From contig JBJHCF010000025.1 of the NCBI GenBank assembly GCA_050506795.1, positions 33,651 through 76,309 of the forward strand: a DNA stretch of 42,659 nt, read 5' to 3'. The translations under genes and the position numbers were made by a program. Every line of letters starts with the position of its first letter. The stretch's first letter is position 1. The stretch is from Opitutia bacterium. Its GTDB lineage: Bacteria; Verrucomicrobiota; Verrucomicrobiia; Opitutales; T3Sed10-336. The notes under the pieces are model-generated. The model saw nothing but the letters and a program-made list of their open reading frames with translations, searched no databases and was not told the DNA's origin. Shown here piece after piece: positions 33,934 through 42,659 of the stretch.

Positions 33934-34608
33934 TCAGTAATAGTAGGTTGAACCGGTTCGGAAAATATCGAACTCGCTTTTGATCGCTTGTTTAACAAGA
34001 TCGTACGAGCGAGTGTCGCCGCGAGTCCATTTTCGAAACACGGCCCAATTAAAATAATCGGCAACCTGCAAATTGAAGTTGGACTTGCTGTCGTGATGAT
34101 AAATTCGGTAGCGCACCTTGTTCGGAAGCATCGCAGACAGTGTTGTCTTTACCGCCTTTTCAATCGCGGATCTCCTTTTCTTCACGGGCAATTGATCCGT
34201 AAAGACAATGACCTCCTCATACAAACCGAGATTACGCTGCTTTAGGACATGCTTCAGGAGGTAGCCAAGCATCCTTGGGTAAAACTTGACCGGCTCCTGA
34301 AGGGCGGGACCGGTTTTTCTCTTTTCCACGACGACCGAATCAAAGTGGACCTTATCGAGATTCCTCCGAATGACACCAAACACTTCGTTTCGAGTTGATT
34401 GCTGATCCTCAGACGCGTGAAATGATTCAGTGTCCACTTTCTTCTCCACGAGGTCATATTTCAACCTGCTGAGTTCTTGGTAGGCGAAAAAAGGACGTTC
34501 CTTTGTGATGCAGCCAATCAAGAAATACTCAGTCCCAGTCCGGGAAAAATCGAGATTTCCCGCTTCATCAATAAAGACGTAGAGGAATCTTGAGGCGTTA
34601 GGTTTCAC
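33934..34608 (-). CDS. DUF3800 domain-containing protein
   Basis: YVFIDEAGN, FHASED, VFTD and DSKSNFNLQVADYFNWAVFRK family motifs. GTG start with a ggaggg RBS. Confidence 0.85.
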   Translation of the reverse strand: MKPNASRFLYVFIDEAGNLDFSRTGTEYFLIGCITKERPFFAYQELSRLKYDLVEKKVDTESFHASEDQQSTRNEVFGVIRRNLDKVHFDSVVVEKRKTGPALQEPVKFYPRMLGYLLKHVLKQRNLGLYEEVIVFTDQLPVKKRRSAIEKAVKTTLSAMLPNKVRYRIYHHDSKSNFNLQVADYFNWAVFRKWTRGDTRSYDLVKQAIKSEFDIFRTGSTYYY

Positions 34609-34710
34609 CGAATCCCTCCCTTTCTTGGATTGGGATCATCAGGAAATAAGACGATTGAAAATGGCAATTGAGTCAACATTAAGTTATGGTGTCACGATAA
34701 TACGGATACG

Positions 34711-35142
34711 TCAAGTATTGTTCTGCGTGATCCCGTTCAGGTCCACTTCGTTCGCTTTTGCCTCAATCAGAACGACGCCTCCGGACCTCTTCGCTTCTTT
34801 TCCGTGAATTCGTGTGCCCGTGAATTGATCCGGGTTGATGGACCAGGCGGACGAAACCCGCTGCAGGTAGTCGTCGGACAGGACCTCTGGCCCGATCGCG
34901 GTGATACGCTTTCCGCGTTGTGCGCGGAGTAGGTCATTAAAGTGTTCGTCGGCTGTGTTCAGCGAGTAGCCTACGACAACGATGTTTTCGTTCAAAAGTG
35001 CGTGTATTGCCTTCCCCTCCTCGGTCCGGTTGAGGTAGCCGTTGATCGCGGGTAAGAGGTCGGCGGCAATGGGGAAATCTATTCCGGGCGTCTTGTCGAC
35101 TCCGGCTCCGGTAACAAGGACGGTTCGCGGCTGATCAGACAT
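34711..35142 (-). pseudogene. Internally deleted SIR2-like ORF (pseudogene or mini-protein)
   Basis: N-terminal VLVTGAGVD...P...DLL is joined within ~50 aa to the C-terminal IVVVGYSLNTADEHFNDLLR motif. No TTNYD or KLHG. The start overlaps the hsdS stop. Confidence 0.6.
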
Positions 35143-36452
35143 TAGGTGGGCGCTCCTTTATTCGATGGGATATCGATCTTTCCAGTAACGGCTGCAGAGA
35201 TTAACGCGGTGCGTCTTTCGCGGAGGAGGGCGATGGCGCGGTGGATTTTGGTTTTTAGGCTGGTGGTTCGGACTTCATTTTCACCTATATACTGGGCGAT
35301 CGATTCTTGAACTGGAGCAGGCGGAACAGCAACTAACATGTTCCCGATTCTATCAATATTCAAATTCGCCTGTGTGTTCTTTACAGACGATTCTGTAAAT
35401 TGTTTCCGGTTGGCAATGAAGAGATAGTACAGATATTCAAGGCGTGCTCCTGAAAGCGGAACGAATCCAACAACTGAATCTGGAAAGCATGCGTTAAAAT
35501 CAAGAATTGCCACATCCCCTATATTTGCGGCAATTGCCATACACAGAGTTCCCTTTGGAAATTCTTTTGATACAAAATACCCTTCCTTTGTGAGAGTTTG
35601 AGTGTATTCCCTAATGTATTTGGTTGCTCTTGCTACATCGCCGGTTTGAATAAAGGGGAAATCTCCGTTGTAGAGGTGTGGCGCATTTCTTGGTCGATGT
35701 GCGAATTTCCGCCGTAGTATGCGCGTTACGTGCTTTATTTTTTTTATGCTCCACCCCTTCGGAATCTTCCCGAGCCATTCGATCCCGGAGTCCACAAGTT
35801 CGGCGCCGGGGTCGATGCCTTTGGTGACGGCATTGCTGATGAGGGCGCGTCGCTTTTCTTCGAGAAGTTCCAGGAGTCGCTCCTCTTTGGCGATCAAGGA
35901 ATCGATCCGCGCCGTCTCCCGGTCGAGAAAGTCGGCTATGGCGGCTTGTTCTTCTCGTGGAGGGAGAGGCCAGACTTCGTTCTTAATAAAGCTGTCAGGG
36001 ACCCGTTTTTGACCGGCTGCTCCGAACATTTCTGTCTCTCCGATTGTGCGAAATGGATGGGAGCGGCAGAGATATTCGAGGTAAGGACCGTCAATCTTGT
36101 CAGGGCGTATGACATGAAACTCAGTGGTACCGAATCCGATACCGTTTCGTAGATTAGATGCCAGGCCTCCTTTCCCGTTTTCGAAGCAAGGCGTAATCTT
36201 TGCGACCAGCACGTCTCCGTTCTGGAAATACGTGAAACCGTTATAGACGTCGTGAATAGGTTTTGATTCAGACAGATCGAATGATCCGTCCACGGAGACT
36301 CGCTCCATGGGCACAAATGAAACCAGGGCATCCCGAGCAAGTTGATTTATTTCGGACTTCGAGGGATTGAAGCGACACAAAAAACGTAACCTGGAATCGT
36401 TCCAATGGGTTGGTTTCGTCTTCGTTGCTCGACTTCTTGATGACGTTTTCAT
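35142..36452 (-). CDS. hsdS: Type I restriction-modification specificity subunit
   Basis: Two TRDs (the first contains KITPCFENGK). Conserved PLPPREEQAAIADFLDRETARID...ALISNAVTKG, DSGIEWLGKIP and C-terminal ERRTALISAAVTGKID. Confidence 0.95.
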   Translation of the reverse strand: MKTSSRSRATKTKPTHWNDSRLRFLCRFNPSKSEINQLARDALVSFVPMERVSVDGSFDLSESKPIHDVYNGFTYFQNGDVLVAKITPCFENGKGGLASNLRNGIGFGTTEFHVIRPDKIDGPYLEYLCRSHPFRTIGETEMFGAAGQKRVPDSFIKNEVWPLPPREEQAAIADFLDRETARIDSLIAKEERLLELLEEKRRALISNAVTKGIDPGAELVDSGIEWLGKIPKGWSIKKIKHVTRILRRKFAHRPRNAPHLYNGDFPFIQTGDVARATKYIREYTQTLTKEGYFVSKEFPKGTLCMAIAANIGDVAILDFNACFPDSVVGFVPLSGARLEYLYYLFIANRKQFTESSVKNTQANLNIDRIGNMLVAVPPAPVQESIAQYIGENEVRTTSLKTKIHRAIALLRERRTALISAAVTGKIDIPSNKGAPT

Positions 36453-36472
36453 TTTGGTGGCGTTCCGTTTAG

Positions 36473-36567
36473 TTGGAGCGTAGGGACAATGTCCGCGTTT
36501 TCTGTTTGAGGCGATTTATGAACGCCGGGGCCGGGATCCAAAGCGGCGACATGTCGCCGCACTCCAG
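36473..36567. repeat. REP/REPIN-like element
   Basis: ccaaagcggcgacatgtcgccgcactccag (36538-67) contains the perfect 18-bp palindrome gcggcgacatgtcgccgc. A degenerate inverted partner ttggagcgtagggacaatgtccgcgtttt starts at 36473. Confidence 0.6.
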
Positions 36568-36585
36568 AGCATGCATTCCTGCGTT

Positions 36586-37623
36586 TCATGATTTCCGATC
36601 CTTTTTCTTTGCCGCGGCTTTCGTCTCAGCTGTTTTCTCGATTTGTTTCGCTTTCTTGACCGCGGCTTCGAAATCTTTTTCGACGGGCGAGGGAAGAGCG
36701 TCGATTTGTTTGCGGAATTTCGCGTATTCGAGGGATGCTTTAATCCTTGCTTCCTCGGCTGAGATCGTGCCGGCGTGGTCGAGGATGGGGCGGTCGCTGA
36801 TCTGCAGGAACTGGTCGAGTTTGCCGATCCAGTCTTCCATGGTCATGGGGGTTCGGTTGGTGGCCTGGAACGCGGCGAATTCGAGGTAGAGGTTGACGAT
36901 ACGGTTAAGTCCGTCGAGTTCCTCGGGGTTGAGGTAGTTCTTGGCTACGCCGATGTCGGCCTTTCGCGGGTAAATCTGTCCGGCGGGGATGTGGGTCACG
37001 CCCATATTGGGTTTGGAGGCGTCGGCGCGGCGGTGGATGACTTCCGCGGCGGTTTGGCCGTGGATGGCCCAGTGCATCTTGTTCTGCACGGTGGCGAAGA
37101 ATTTTTGGGAGGCTTCGGCTGCGGGATCGTAGTCGATGCTGGTCGCGTAGATATCGAGTACTTTGCGCCAGAACTCCTTCTCCGAGGACCGGATGTCGCG
37201 GATGCGGGCGAGGAGTTCGTCGAAATAGGCGCTGTCTTTACCTTGCTTGAAGCGTTCGTCGTTGAGTACGAAGCCCTTGACGAGGTACTCGCGGAGCTGG
37301 CGGGTGGCCCAGATGCGAAACTGGGTGCCGCGATGGGATTTGACCCGGTACCCGACGGAGATGATGACGTCGAGGTTGTAGTATTCCACTCGGTAGGTTT
37401 TGCCGTCCGCGGCAGTTGTTGCAAAATTTGCAACAACTGCCTCACGATCAAGCTCTCCTTCCTCGAATACGTTGCTTAAGTGTCTGGAGATCGTCGATTT
37501 ATCGCGCTGAAAGAGTTTCGCCATCTGGTTCAGGGAGAGCCAGACCGTTTCGTTTTCGAGGCGGACGTCAACACGGGTTTCCCCGTCCTCGGTCCGGTAG
37601 AGTAGAATTTCCGATTTATCCAT
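36586..37623 (-). CDS. RhuM family (virulence-associated, putative DNA-binding) protein
   Basis: ETVWLSLNQMAKLF, YNLDVIISVGYRVKS.RGTQFRIWAT, RIRDIRSSE, FFATVQNKMHWA and AKNYL. Start 37623 or 37647. Confidence 0.92.
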   Translation of the reverse strand: MDKSEILLYRTEDGETRVDVRLENETVWLSLNQMAKLFQRDKSTISRHLSNVFEEGELDREAVVANFATTAADGKTYRVEYYNLDVIISVGYRVKSHRGTQFRIWATRQLREYLVKGFVLNDERFKQGKDSAYFDELLARIRDIRSSEKEFWRKVLDIYATSIDYDPAAEASQKFFATVQNKMHWAIHGQTAAEVIHRRADASKPNMGVTHIPAGQIYPRKADIGVAKNYLNPEELDGLNRIVNLYLEFAAFQATNRTPMTMEDWIGKLDQFLQISDRPILDHAGTISAEEARIKASLEYAKFRKQIDALPSPVEKDFEAAVKKAKQIEKTAETKAAAKKKDRKS

Positions 37624-37728
37624 AGGAGTAGTTGTTATTTGGTTCACACGAAGCCGTGAGGCACGACGGCTTTAAAGGGGTTGGATCTCCCGGAGTTGTG
37701 CGTAAGCTATCTATCATTTCGGGTAGGT

Positions 37729-39909
37729 TCACGTCGTCACCTCCTTCAGCATTTCCAGAATCTCTCCTTCCACCTCTTTGATGTCGCGGTCGATTTCCTC
37801 CAGATCGCGTGGGGGTTGGTAGCGGTAGAAGTAGCGGTTGAAATTGATGGAGTAACCGATCTTGCCGATTTGGCCGTCTTTGTGGTCGGTGAAGCCGGGG
37901 TGGATCCAGGCGTCCGGGACGTGGGGGGTGACTTCCGTATCGAAGTAGGTATCGACGTTGTGGTCGAGCGGGACGTTTTCGTGGTCGCGCAGTTCGGTGT
38001 CGGGTTCGTATTCGAGAACACGGACCATGCCGGTGGCGAGTTTCTCGCCGAAGATCCCGTGACGGGGATCGACGCGTTCGGGCGCTTCCGAGGCGTTGAC
38101 CACGGCGATTTCTTTTTTCACCACCGGTTTCGCGGTTTCGTCGCGTTCGGACAGGGAGGAGAGGATCACTTTCTTGAGGGGGCCGGAAATTTTGAGGCCG
38201 GCATCTTTCAGGGCTTTTTTGAGGTGCTTTTCGAAGACTTCGGCGTCCCGGATCGGCTCGCCGGCGAGAGAGCGGAGGGCGGTTAGGATGGCCTCCTGGT
38301 ACCGGCGTCCCTCCTCGATTTCGCGGGCTTTGGCTTCGGGGTCGCGCTTCTTGCTGGTGGCCAGGTTGGCGAAGGTTTTGACTTCGCGCAGGCGTTCGAG
38401 TCGCTCCTCGCTGTTGTGGAAGTTGAGCCGCAGAGGGCGTTCCACCTGGATGCGGCGGTACCCGAAGTCGGTGGTGCGAAAGAGCTTCGCGTTTTCGGAC
38501 TCTTCGTACGCGGCGAACAGTTTGACGATGGGGTCGATGTGCCCGTCCAGCGTTCGGCGCTTGGCCCCGATGCTCTTCGGGAGCTGGCTCCAGAAGTGCT
38601 CCCCGGAGGCGTTGAGCAGGAGGACTTTGCCTTTGGTCTTGGAAGGTTTGCGGTTGGTGAGGATCCAGAGGTAGGTCTGGATGCCGGTGTTGTAGAAGAT
38701 CTGTTCCGGGAGGGCGACGAGGGCGTAAAGGCGGTCGTTCTCCAGCGCCCATCGGCGGATCTCGCTCTCGCCGCTGCCGGCTTCGCCGGTGAATAGGGGG
38801 GAACCATTGAAGACGATGCCGACGAAGCTCGGTTTGTCGTCGGGGTTCATGTGGAAGAGCTTGTGCTGGAGGAAGAGCAGTTGTCCGTCCGAGATGCGGG
38901 GCAGGCCGGCGCCGAAGCGCCCGTTGAAGCCGCGCCGGGATTCGGCTTCGACATCCTCCTTGTCGCGCTTCCATTCCGTGCCGTAGGGGGGATTGGCGAA
39001 TTGGAGGTCGAAGTGGCGGCCGGCGTGCTGATCGTTGGAGAGGGTGGAGCCGAGTTTGATGTTGTCGGGGTCGGTTTCCGAGGGGTCGATGATGAGGAGG
39101 TCCGACTTGCAGATCGCCCAGGTGAAGGGGTTCAACTCCTGCCCGAAGAGATGGACTTTGCACTTGGGATTGCGGGCGAGGATTTCCTCGCGGGCGATCG
39201 TGAGCATGCCGCCGGTGCCGGCGGTGCAGTCGGAGACGGTGACGCCGGGAACCTTTTTGATGTCCGGCCACAGGGACAAAGTCAGGCGGACGAGGAGGCG
39301 GATGACGTCTTTGGGAGTGAAGTGTTCCCCGGGGTTTTCCTTGATGTCTTCATTGTAGCGGCGGATGAGCTCTTCGAAGAGGGTGCCCATCTCATGGTTG
39401 TTCAAGCCGCCGGGATTCTTTTCGGGATCCCAGGGCGCAAGGTTGAGCTCGGTATCCCGGTCGGGACGGACTTTTTCGTTGAAACGGGACATGACCCGGT
39501 ACAGGAGGCCGACTCCGTCGAGACGGGTGATCGTGTGATCGAAGTCAAAGCGCCGGAAAACCTGTTGGATGTTTTCCGAAAATCCCGCGACGTACTTGCG
39601 GAGATTCTGTTTGAGCTGGTGGCCTTCCGTGTCGAGCAGGCTGTCGAAGGTGAACGGGCTCTTGTTGTAGAAGGCGTAGCCGGCGGTGCGGCAGAGGAGG
39701 TCGTGACGCTGCTCCAGCTTGTCTCGGTACTTCGCTTCGGCTTCCAGGACGGCTTCCTTGGTAGGCAGGAGCACATGGTCGAGTCGTCGGAGTACGACGA
39801 ACGGTAGGACCACGTTCTGGTTCTCGCTCTTTTTAAAGGCGTCCCGGAGGTCCTCGGCGATCGACCAAAGGAAATTGACGATCCTGGATGTTTTGTCGCG
39901 TTCGTTCAT
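37729..39909 (-). CDS. hsdM: Type I restriction-modification DNA methyltransferase subunit M
   Basis: FLWSIAE.LR, LPFVVLRRLD, GEHFTPKDV, SAM motif DCTAGTGGML, GQELN, NPPYG, NGSPLFTG and FYNTGI. Confidence 0.96.
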   Translation of the reverse strand: MNERDKTSRIVNFLWSIAEDLRDAFKKSENQNVVLPFVVLRRLDHVLLPTKEAVLEAEAKYRDKLEQRHDLLCRTAGYAFYNKSPFTFDSLLDTEGHQLKQNLRKYVAGFSENIQQVFRRFDFDHTITRLDGVGLLYRVMSRFNEKVRPDRDTELNLAPWDPEKNPGGLNNHEMGTLFEELIRRYNEDIKENPGEHFTPKDVIRLLVRLTLSLWPDIKKVPGVTVSDCTAGTGGMLTIAREEILARNPKCKVHLFGQELNPFTWAICKSDLLIIDPSETDPDNIKLGSTLSNDQHAGRHFDLQFANPPYGTEWKRDKEDVEAESRRGFNGRFGAGLPRISDGQLLFLQHKLFHMNPDDKPSFVGIVFNGSPLFTGEAGSGESEIRRWALENDRLYALVALPEQIFYNTGIQTYLWILTNRKPSKTKGKVLLLNASGEHFWSQLPKSIGAKRRTLDGHIDPIVKLFAAYEESENAKLFRTTDFGYRRIQVERPLRLNFHNSEERLERLREVKTFANLATSKKRDPEAKAREIEEGRRYQEAILTALRSLAGEPIRDAEVFEKHLKKALKDAGLKISGPLKKVILSSLSERDETAKPVVKKEIAVVNASEAPERVDPRHGIFGEKLATGMVRVLEYEPDTELRDHENVPLDHNVDTYFDTEVTPHVPDAWIHPGFTDHKDGQIGKIGYSINFNRYFYRYQPPRDLEEIDRDIKEVEGEILEMLKEVTT

Positions 39910-39989
39910 AGTCGAATTGATTCGGGGATTCTACGAAGTTTAGGCTTTTCTTCCATGCAAAAGAATGTCGGAATCATGACAAGAAAGTC

Positions 39990-40919
39990 ATGTTTGACGA
40001 GCTCTTTCAAAAAAAAGGCCTGACGCTGGAGCGATTGAGACGGCTGATCGTGGCTTCGAATTATTCCTCCTATTCGGAAGCGGCCGGCGGCGATCCAACT
40101 CTGGCGAGCCAGTTCAGTCGCGACATTTCGGCGTTGGAATCGTTTTTTGAAGTGAAACTCGTGGTGAAGAAGGGCCGGCAGATTGCGGGGTTGACCGAGC
40201 AGGGCGAACGGCTGCGGCATTTGGTTGCGGAGTACTTCAACGCGATGATCGCCTTGCGCGATGAGTTCCGAGACCCTCCTTCAGAGATCACGATTGGAGG
40301 CGGTGAGACGGTTCTGCAGTGGGTGATCTGTACGAAACTGGTTGAACTGAAAGAAGCGTTTCCAAATTCCAGGTTGAAACTCAGGAACCTTGGCGCCGAT
40401 GAGACGATCCTGCGAATTGAAGAAGGGAACCTCGACGTTGGAATCGTGGACGAAGAGAGTCTTCTGCGAGGGGGTGTGATTCCGGAACATTTTGCGGTGA
40501 TCTCCCTTGGGGAGATCGAGTACGCGTTGTACCTGACGGAAGACCTCTTCGAGCGTCACCGGGGCATGCCGGAGCGGGAAATGCTCGAATCGCTTCCTTT
40601 GGCCGGTCTTGAAGGTTTGGCTCCGCTCGCGACGGCCTATCAGGATGAGCACGCGATACCCGGCTACCGTCTAAACTTCGCAGTCGTTTTGACCTCGTTT
40701 CCACAGGTCGTTCAGGCCGTAAGGACCGGTGAACTGGCGGGCTTTCTGCCCACACTCGCTGACGATGATCTGCGGCAACACGGGATCATCCGCATCGACA
40801 ACGAGATCTTGCGAGAACTGACCGTACGGATCTCCCTGATCTACAATGCACGGCTCCAGGGCGTGAAACCCTACTTGGCGACGGTGGGGACCAGGGTTCA
40901 TGAGATTCTGGCCGATTGA
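39990..40919 (+). CDS. LysR family transcriptional regulator
   Basis: N-terminal HTH (SYSEAA...SQFSRDISALESFFEVKL...LTEQGERL) and a substrate-binding domain (FPNSRLKL, EGNLDVGI); 309 aa. Confidence 0.85.
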   Translation: MFDELFQKKGLTLERLRRLIVASNYSSYSEAAGGDPTLASQFSRDISALESFFEVKLVVKKGRQIAGLTEQGERLRHLVAEYFNAMIALRDEFRDPPSEITIGGGETVLQWVICTKLVELKEAFPNSRLKLRNLGADETILRIEEGNLDVGIVDEESLLRGGVIPEHFAVISLGEIEYALYLTEDLFERHRGMPEREMLESLPLAGLEGLAPLATAYQDEHAIPGYRLNFAVVLTSFPQVVQAVRTGELAGFLPTLADDDLRQHGIIRIDNEILRELTVRISLIYNARLQGVKPYLATVGTRVHEILAD

Positions 40920-41165
40920 ACTCGGCCTTCTCCCGGCAGTTGCAGAGGTTCAGGGGCATGGAGCGTATTTCACCGGAGAGGGCGTCAAGCCGAACCATGG
41001 TCGAACGAGTGGAGAGTGTGGAAGTGCCTGCTTTTGGTTTCACTTGATTTTCCGCAAAAAAGTGCCGGCAAACCGGCTTTACTCTGCAACCTTTTCCTCC
41101 AGAACACAGCAAACCGATCCGACATTGGGAGCCGCTGGTAGCCGATGCCAACTTGAAGACACATT

Positions 41166-41456
41166 ATGGCCAAGATCTTGACAACCGATGAAATGCTGGA
41201 GGCGCTACGTCGGGCGGACTCCCCGGAATTCGAGCGCTGTCTTGCAATTGTGGAGAATTCCGTAAACCAAGTCGCGCTGGCTGTGTGCCGACATTTCGGC
41301 GTGGAGATGGGCGATGGCGGGGCGACATTCGAGGGTCTGGAGCTGAATGGTACCGCTTGCTCCTTTTATGCGAAAGACCTGGAACATCACCTCCCGAAGG
41401 GACTCGAACGGTATGACCAAGGTGGAACCTGGGAGACGAAGCCGGAACGGGCATAA
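41166..41456 (+). CDS. Hypothetical protein
   Basis: ATG-started 96-aa ORF with protein-like composition, 12 bp from the next ORF. Confidence 0.6.
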   Translation: MAKILTTDEMLEALRRADSPEFERCLAIVENSVNQVALAVCRHFGVEMGDGGATFEGLELNGTACSFYAKDLEHHLPKGLERYDQGGTWETKPERA

Positions 41457-41468
41457 CCGGAGGTCAGC

Positions 41469-41747
41469 ATGCCAACAAAAACGATCGAATGGAAGTGGGA
41501 AGAGGCGTTCGACAAGTTCGGTTTCGATGACGGAGACGGCCCGAACTTCACCGACGCGGTCGCTGGCGTTCTCAACGACCTCGGTTTCGAGTGTGAATGC
41601 CGGGTTTGGGGTGTTCACAATTACCTGATAATCGACGTAACCAGAAACGGTACGTCAATCCGCCCGGACCATGTCGAGCCCGGCTACGCCGACCCGAGAA
41701 CCTGGTTGCCGCCCGATGTCGTGGCAAGGTTGGACGGTGCGTTTTGA
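41469..41747 (+). CDS. Hypothetical protein
   Basis: ggaggt RBS, ATG start, 92 aa, acidic/aromatic composition. Confidence 0.65.
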   Translation: MPTKTIEWKWEEAFDKFGFDDGDGPNFTDAVAGVLNDLGFECECRVWGVHNYLIIDVTRNGTSIRPDHVEPGYADPRTWLPPDVVARLDGAF

Positions 41748-42201
41748 CCAAGATTTCGCCTTGGTTGTCCGCAACGGCTGCTTCGGAGCGCAGCCGGTCG
41801 GGAACTTGGCGACCCGGAACCCCTGATTCCGATAATCCCGGATGCGACGATAAAATTATCAGCTGATAGTTTTATTGTCGTGGGTTGGAGCGTTGAATTG
41901 CCGGGATGTTGCTCCGTGCAAAAAGGCGTTAAACGGCAGTTTTTCATCAACGATTCTTTATCCATGTCGCAGGTGATCTGAAACTCCCGAAAAACGGGCG
42001 GCCTGAAATTCCCGATTTCGCACCCGTTTTGGCTGATTTTCTTCTTGAACACCTTATCTTAACCGATTTTCTTCCTTCGGTAACCCGTTGCCGTTGAGCG
42101 CTCGAAGGTATTGACATATATGCGCGGAATTTCCTCCGGCTGAAGATTTTCAGATTTTAGAACCGCTAGCTTTGAGTCCATTTTGCGCCGCCGCTCACAA
42201 T

Positions 42202-42252
42202 CGGGAGATTACCTCAATGAAAATCCTCAAGATAGCGGACACCCATGAGTAA
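42202..42252 (+). pseudogene. C-terminal remnant of a HigB/RelE-like toxin
   Basis: The frame reads REITSMKILKIADTHE*, like the ...IxIxEIxD(Y/T)H end of HigB toxins, and overlaps the HigA start. The upstream part is missing. Confidence 0.5.
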
Positions 42253-42550
42253 CCAAACCCAGTACGCGCCCGATTTTGTCACTCCTCCCGGAGAGACTCT
42301 GACGGAAACTCTTGAGGCGCTTGGCATGTCGCAAGGCGAGCTCGGCAGGCGCATTGGGCTTGCGGCTGCGACGGTCAATCGGATTGTTCAGGGCAGGGAA
42401 CCGATTACCCGCGAAACCGCCCTGAAGTTGGAAAAAGTCCTCCGTGTCCCCGCCCGGTTCTGGCACAATCGGCAGGTTCGCTATGAAGAGTGGCCTGCCC
42501 GGGAAAAGGGACGCGAAATATCTGCTACATCGTCACTGCTGTCCAGTTAA
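42245..42550 (+). CDS. higA: HigA family antitoxin / XRE HTH protein
   Basis: PPGETL.E.LEALGMSQ.EL.RRIG, NRIVQGREPITRETALKLEKVL...ARFWHNRQ.RY. Confidence 0.85.
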   Translation: MSNQTQYAPDFVTPPGETLTETLEALGMSQGELGRRIGLAAATVNRIVQGREPITRETALKLEKVLRVPARFWHNRQVRYEEWPAREKGREISATSSLLSS

Positions 42551-42659
42551 GTTCAGTTTCAAAACTCGTAAGTGATTGATATTATGCCTAATGCGATTGG
42601 AGAAGCATGTGACGCATCTGAAACTCGCATTCCCGGAATGGGTCATGATTGCACACCCG

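Noticed and set aside
33287..33934. 215-aa minus-strand ORF bridging DUF3800 and hsdR
   Set aside because: Pro/Arg/Gly-rich, no motifs, and it runs through structured non-coding elements. Its start does overlap the DUF3800 stop, so translation cannot be fully excluded.

Overview
Bacterial chromosomal window. The 16S rRNA signatures point to Verrucomicrobiota, class Opitutae (judged by eye, not by database search). Left part (1-27.1 kb), mostly housekeeping and metabolic: aldo/keto reductase, thiE, a small sulfur-oxidation cluster (monoheme cytochrome c + flavocytochrome c sulfide dehydrogenase + YeeE/YedE + fused SoxYZ), accB-accC-asp23-amaP, a complete rrn operon (16S-tRNA-Ala-tRNA-Ile-23S-5S), an Rrf2-yezD-sbp-cysTWA sulfate uptake operon, an M20 deacylase, and an nrdB-nrdA ribonucleotide reductase locus with NrdR boxes. 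Right part (27.1-42.6 kb), a defence/accessory island: a SIR2-STAND-TPR-OB (SAMD9/Avs-like) gene, a type I R-M operon carrying cargo (RhuM, an internally deleted SIR2-like ORF, a DUF3800 gene followed by a structured three-way-junction RNA candidate), LysR, small hypotheticals and a decayed higBA. Most notable: (1) the DUF3800 + structured RNA unit inside the hsd operon; (2) a four-helix-bundle gene bracketed by 35-bp heptamer-built inverted repeats sitting exactly between the nrdB stop and nrdA start, with an ORF-less version of the same architecture in the 23S-5S spacer; (3) the SAMD9-like protein; (4) an NrdB lacking the radical tyrosine (class Ic-like); (5) a tandem hairpin motif downstream of yezD.
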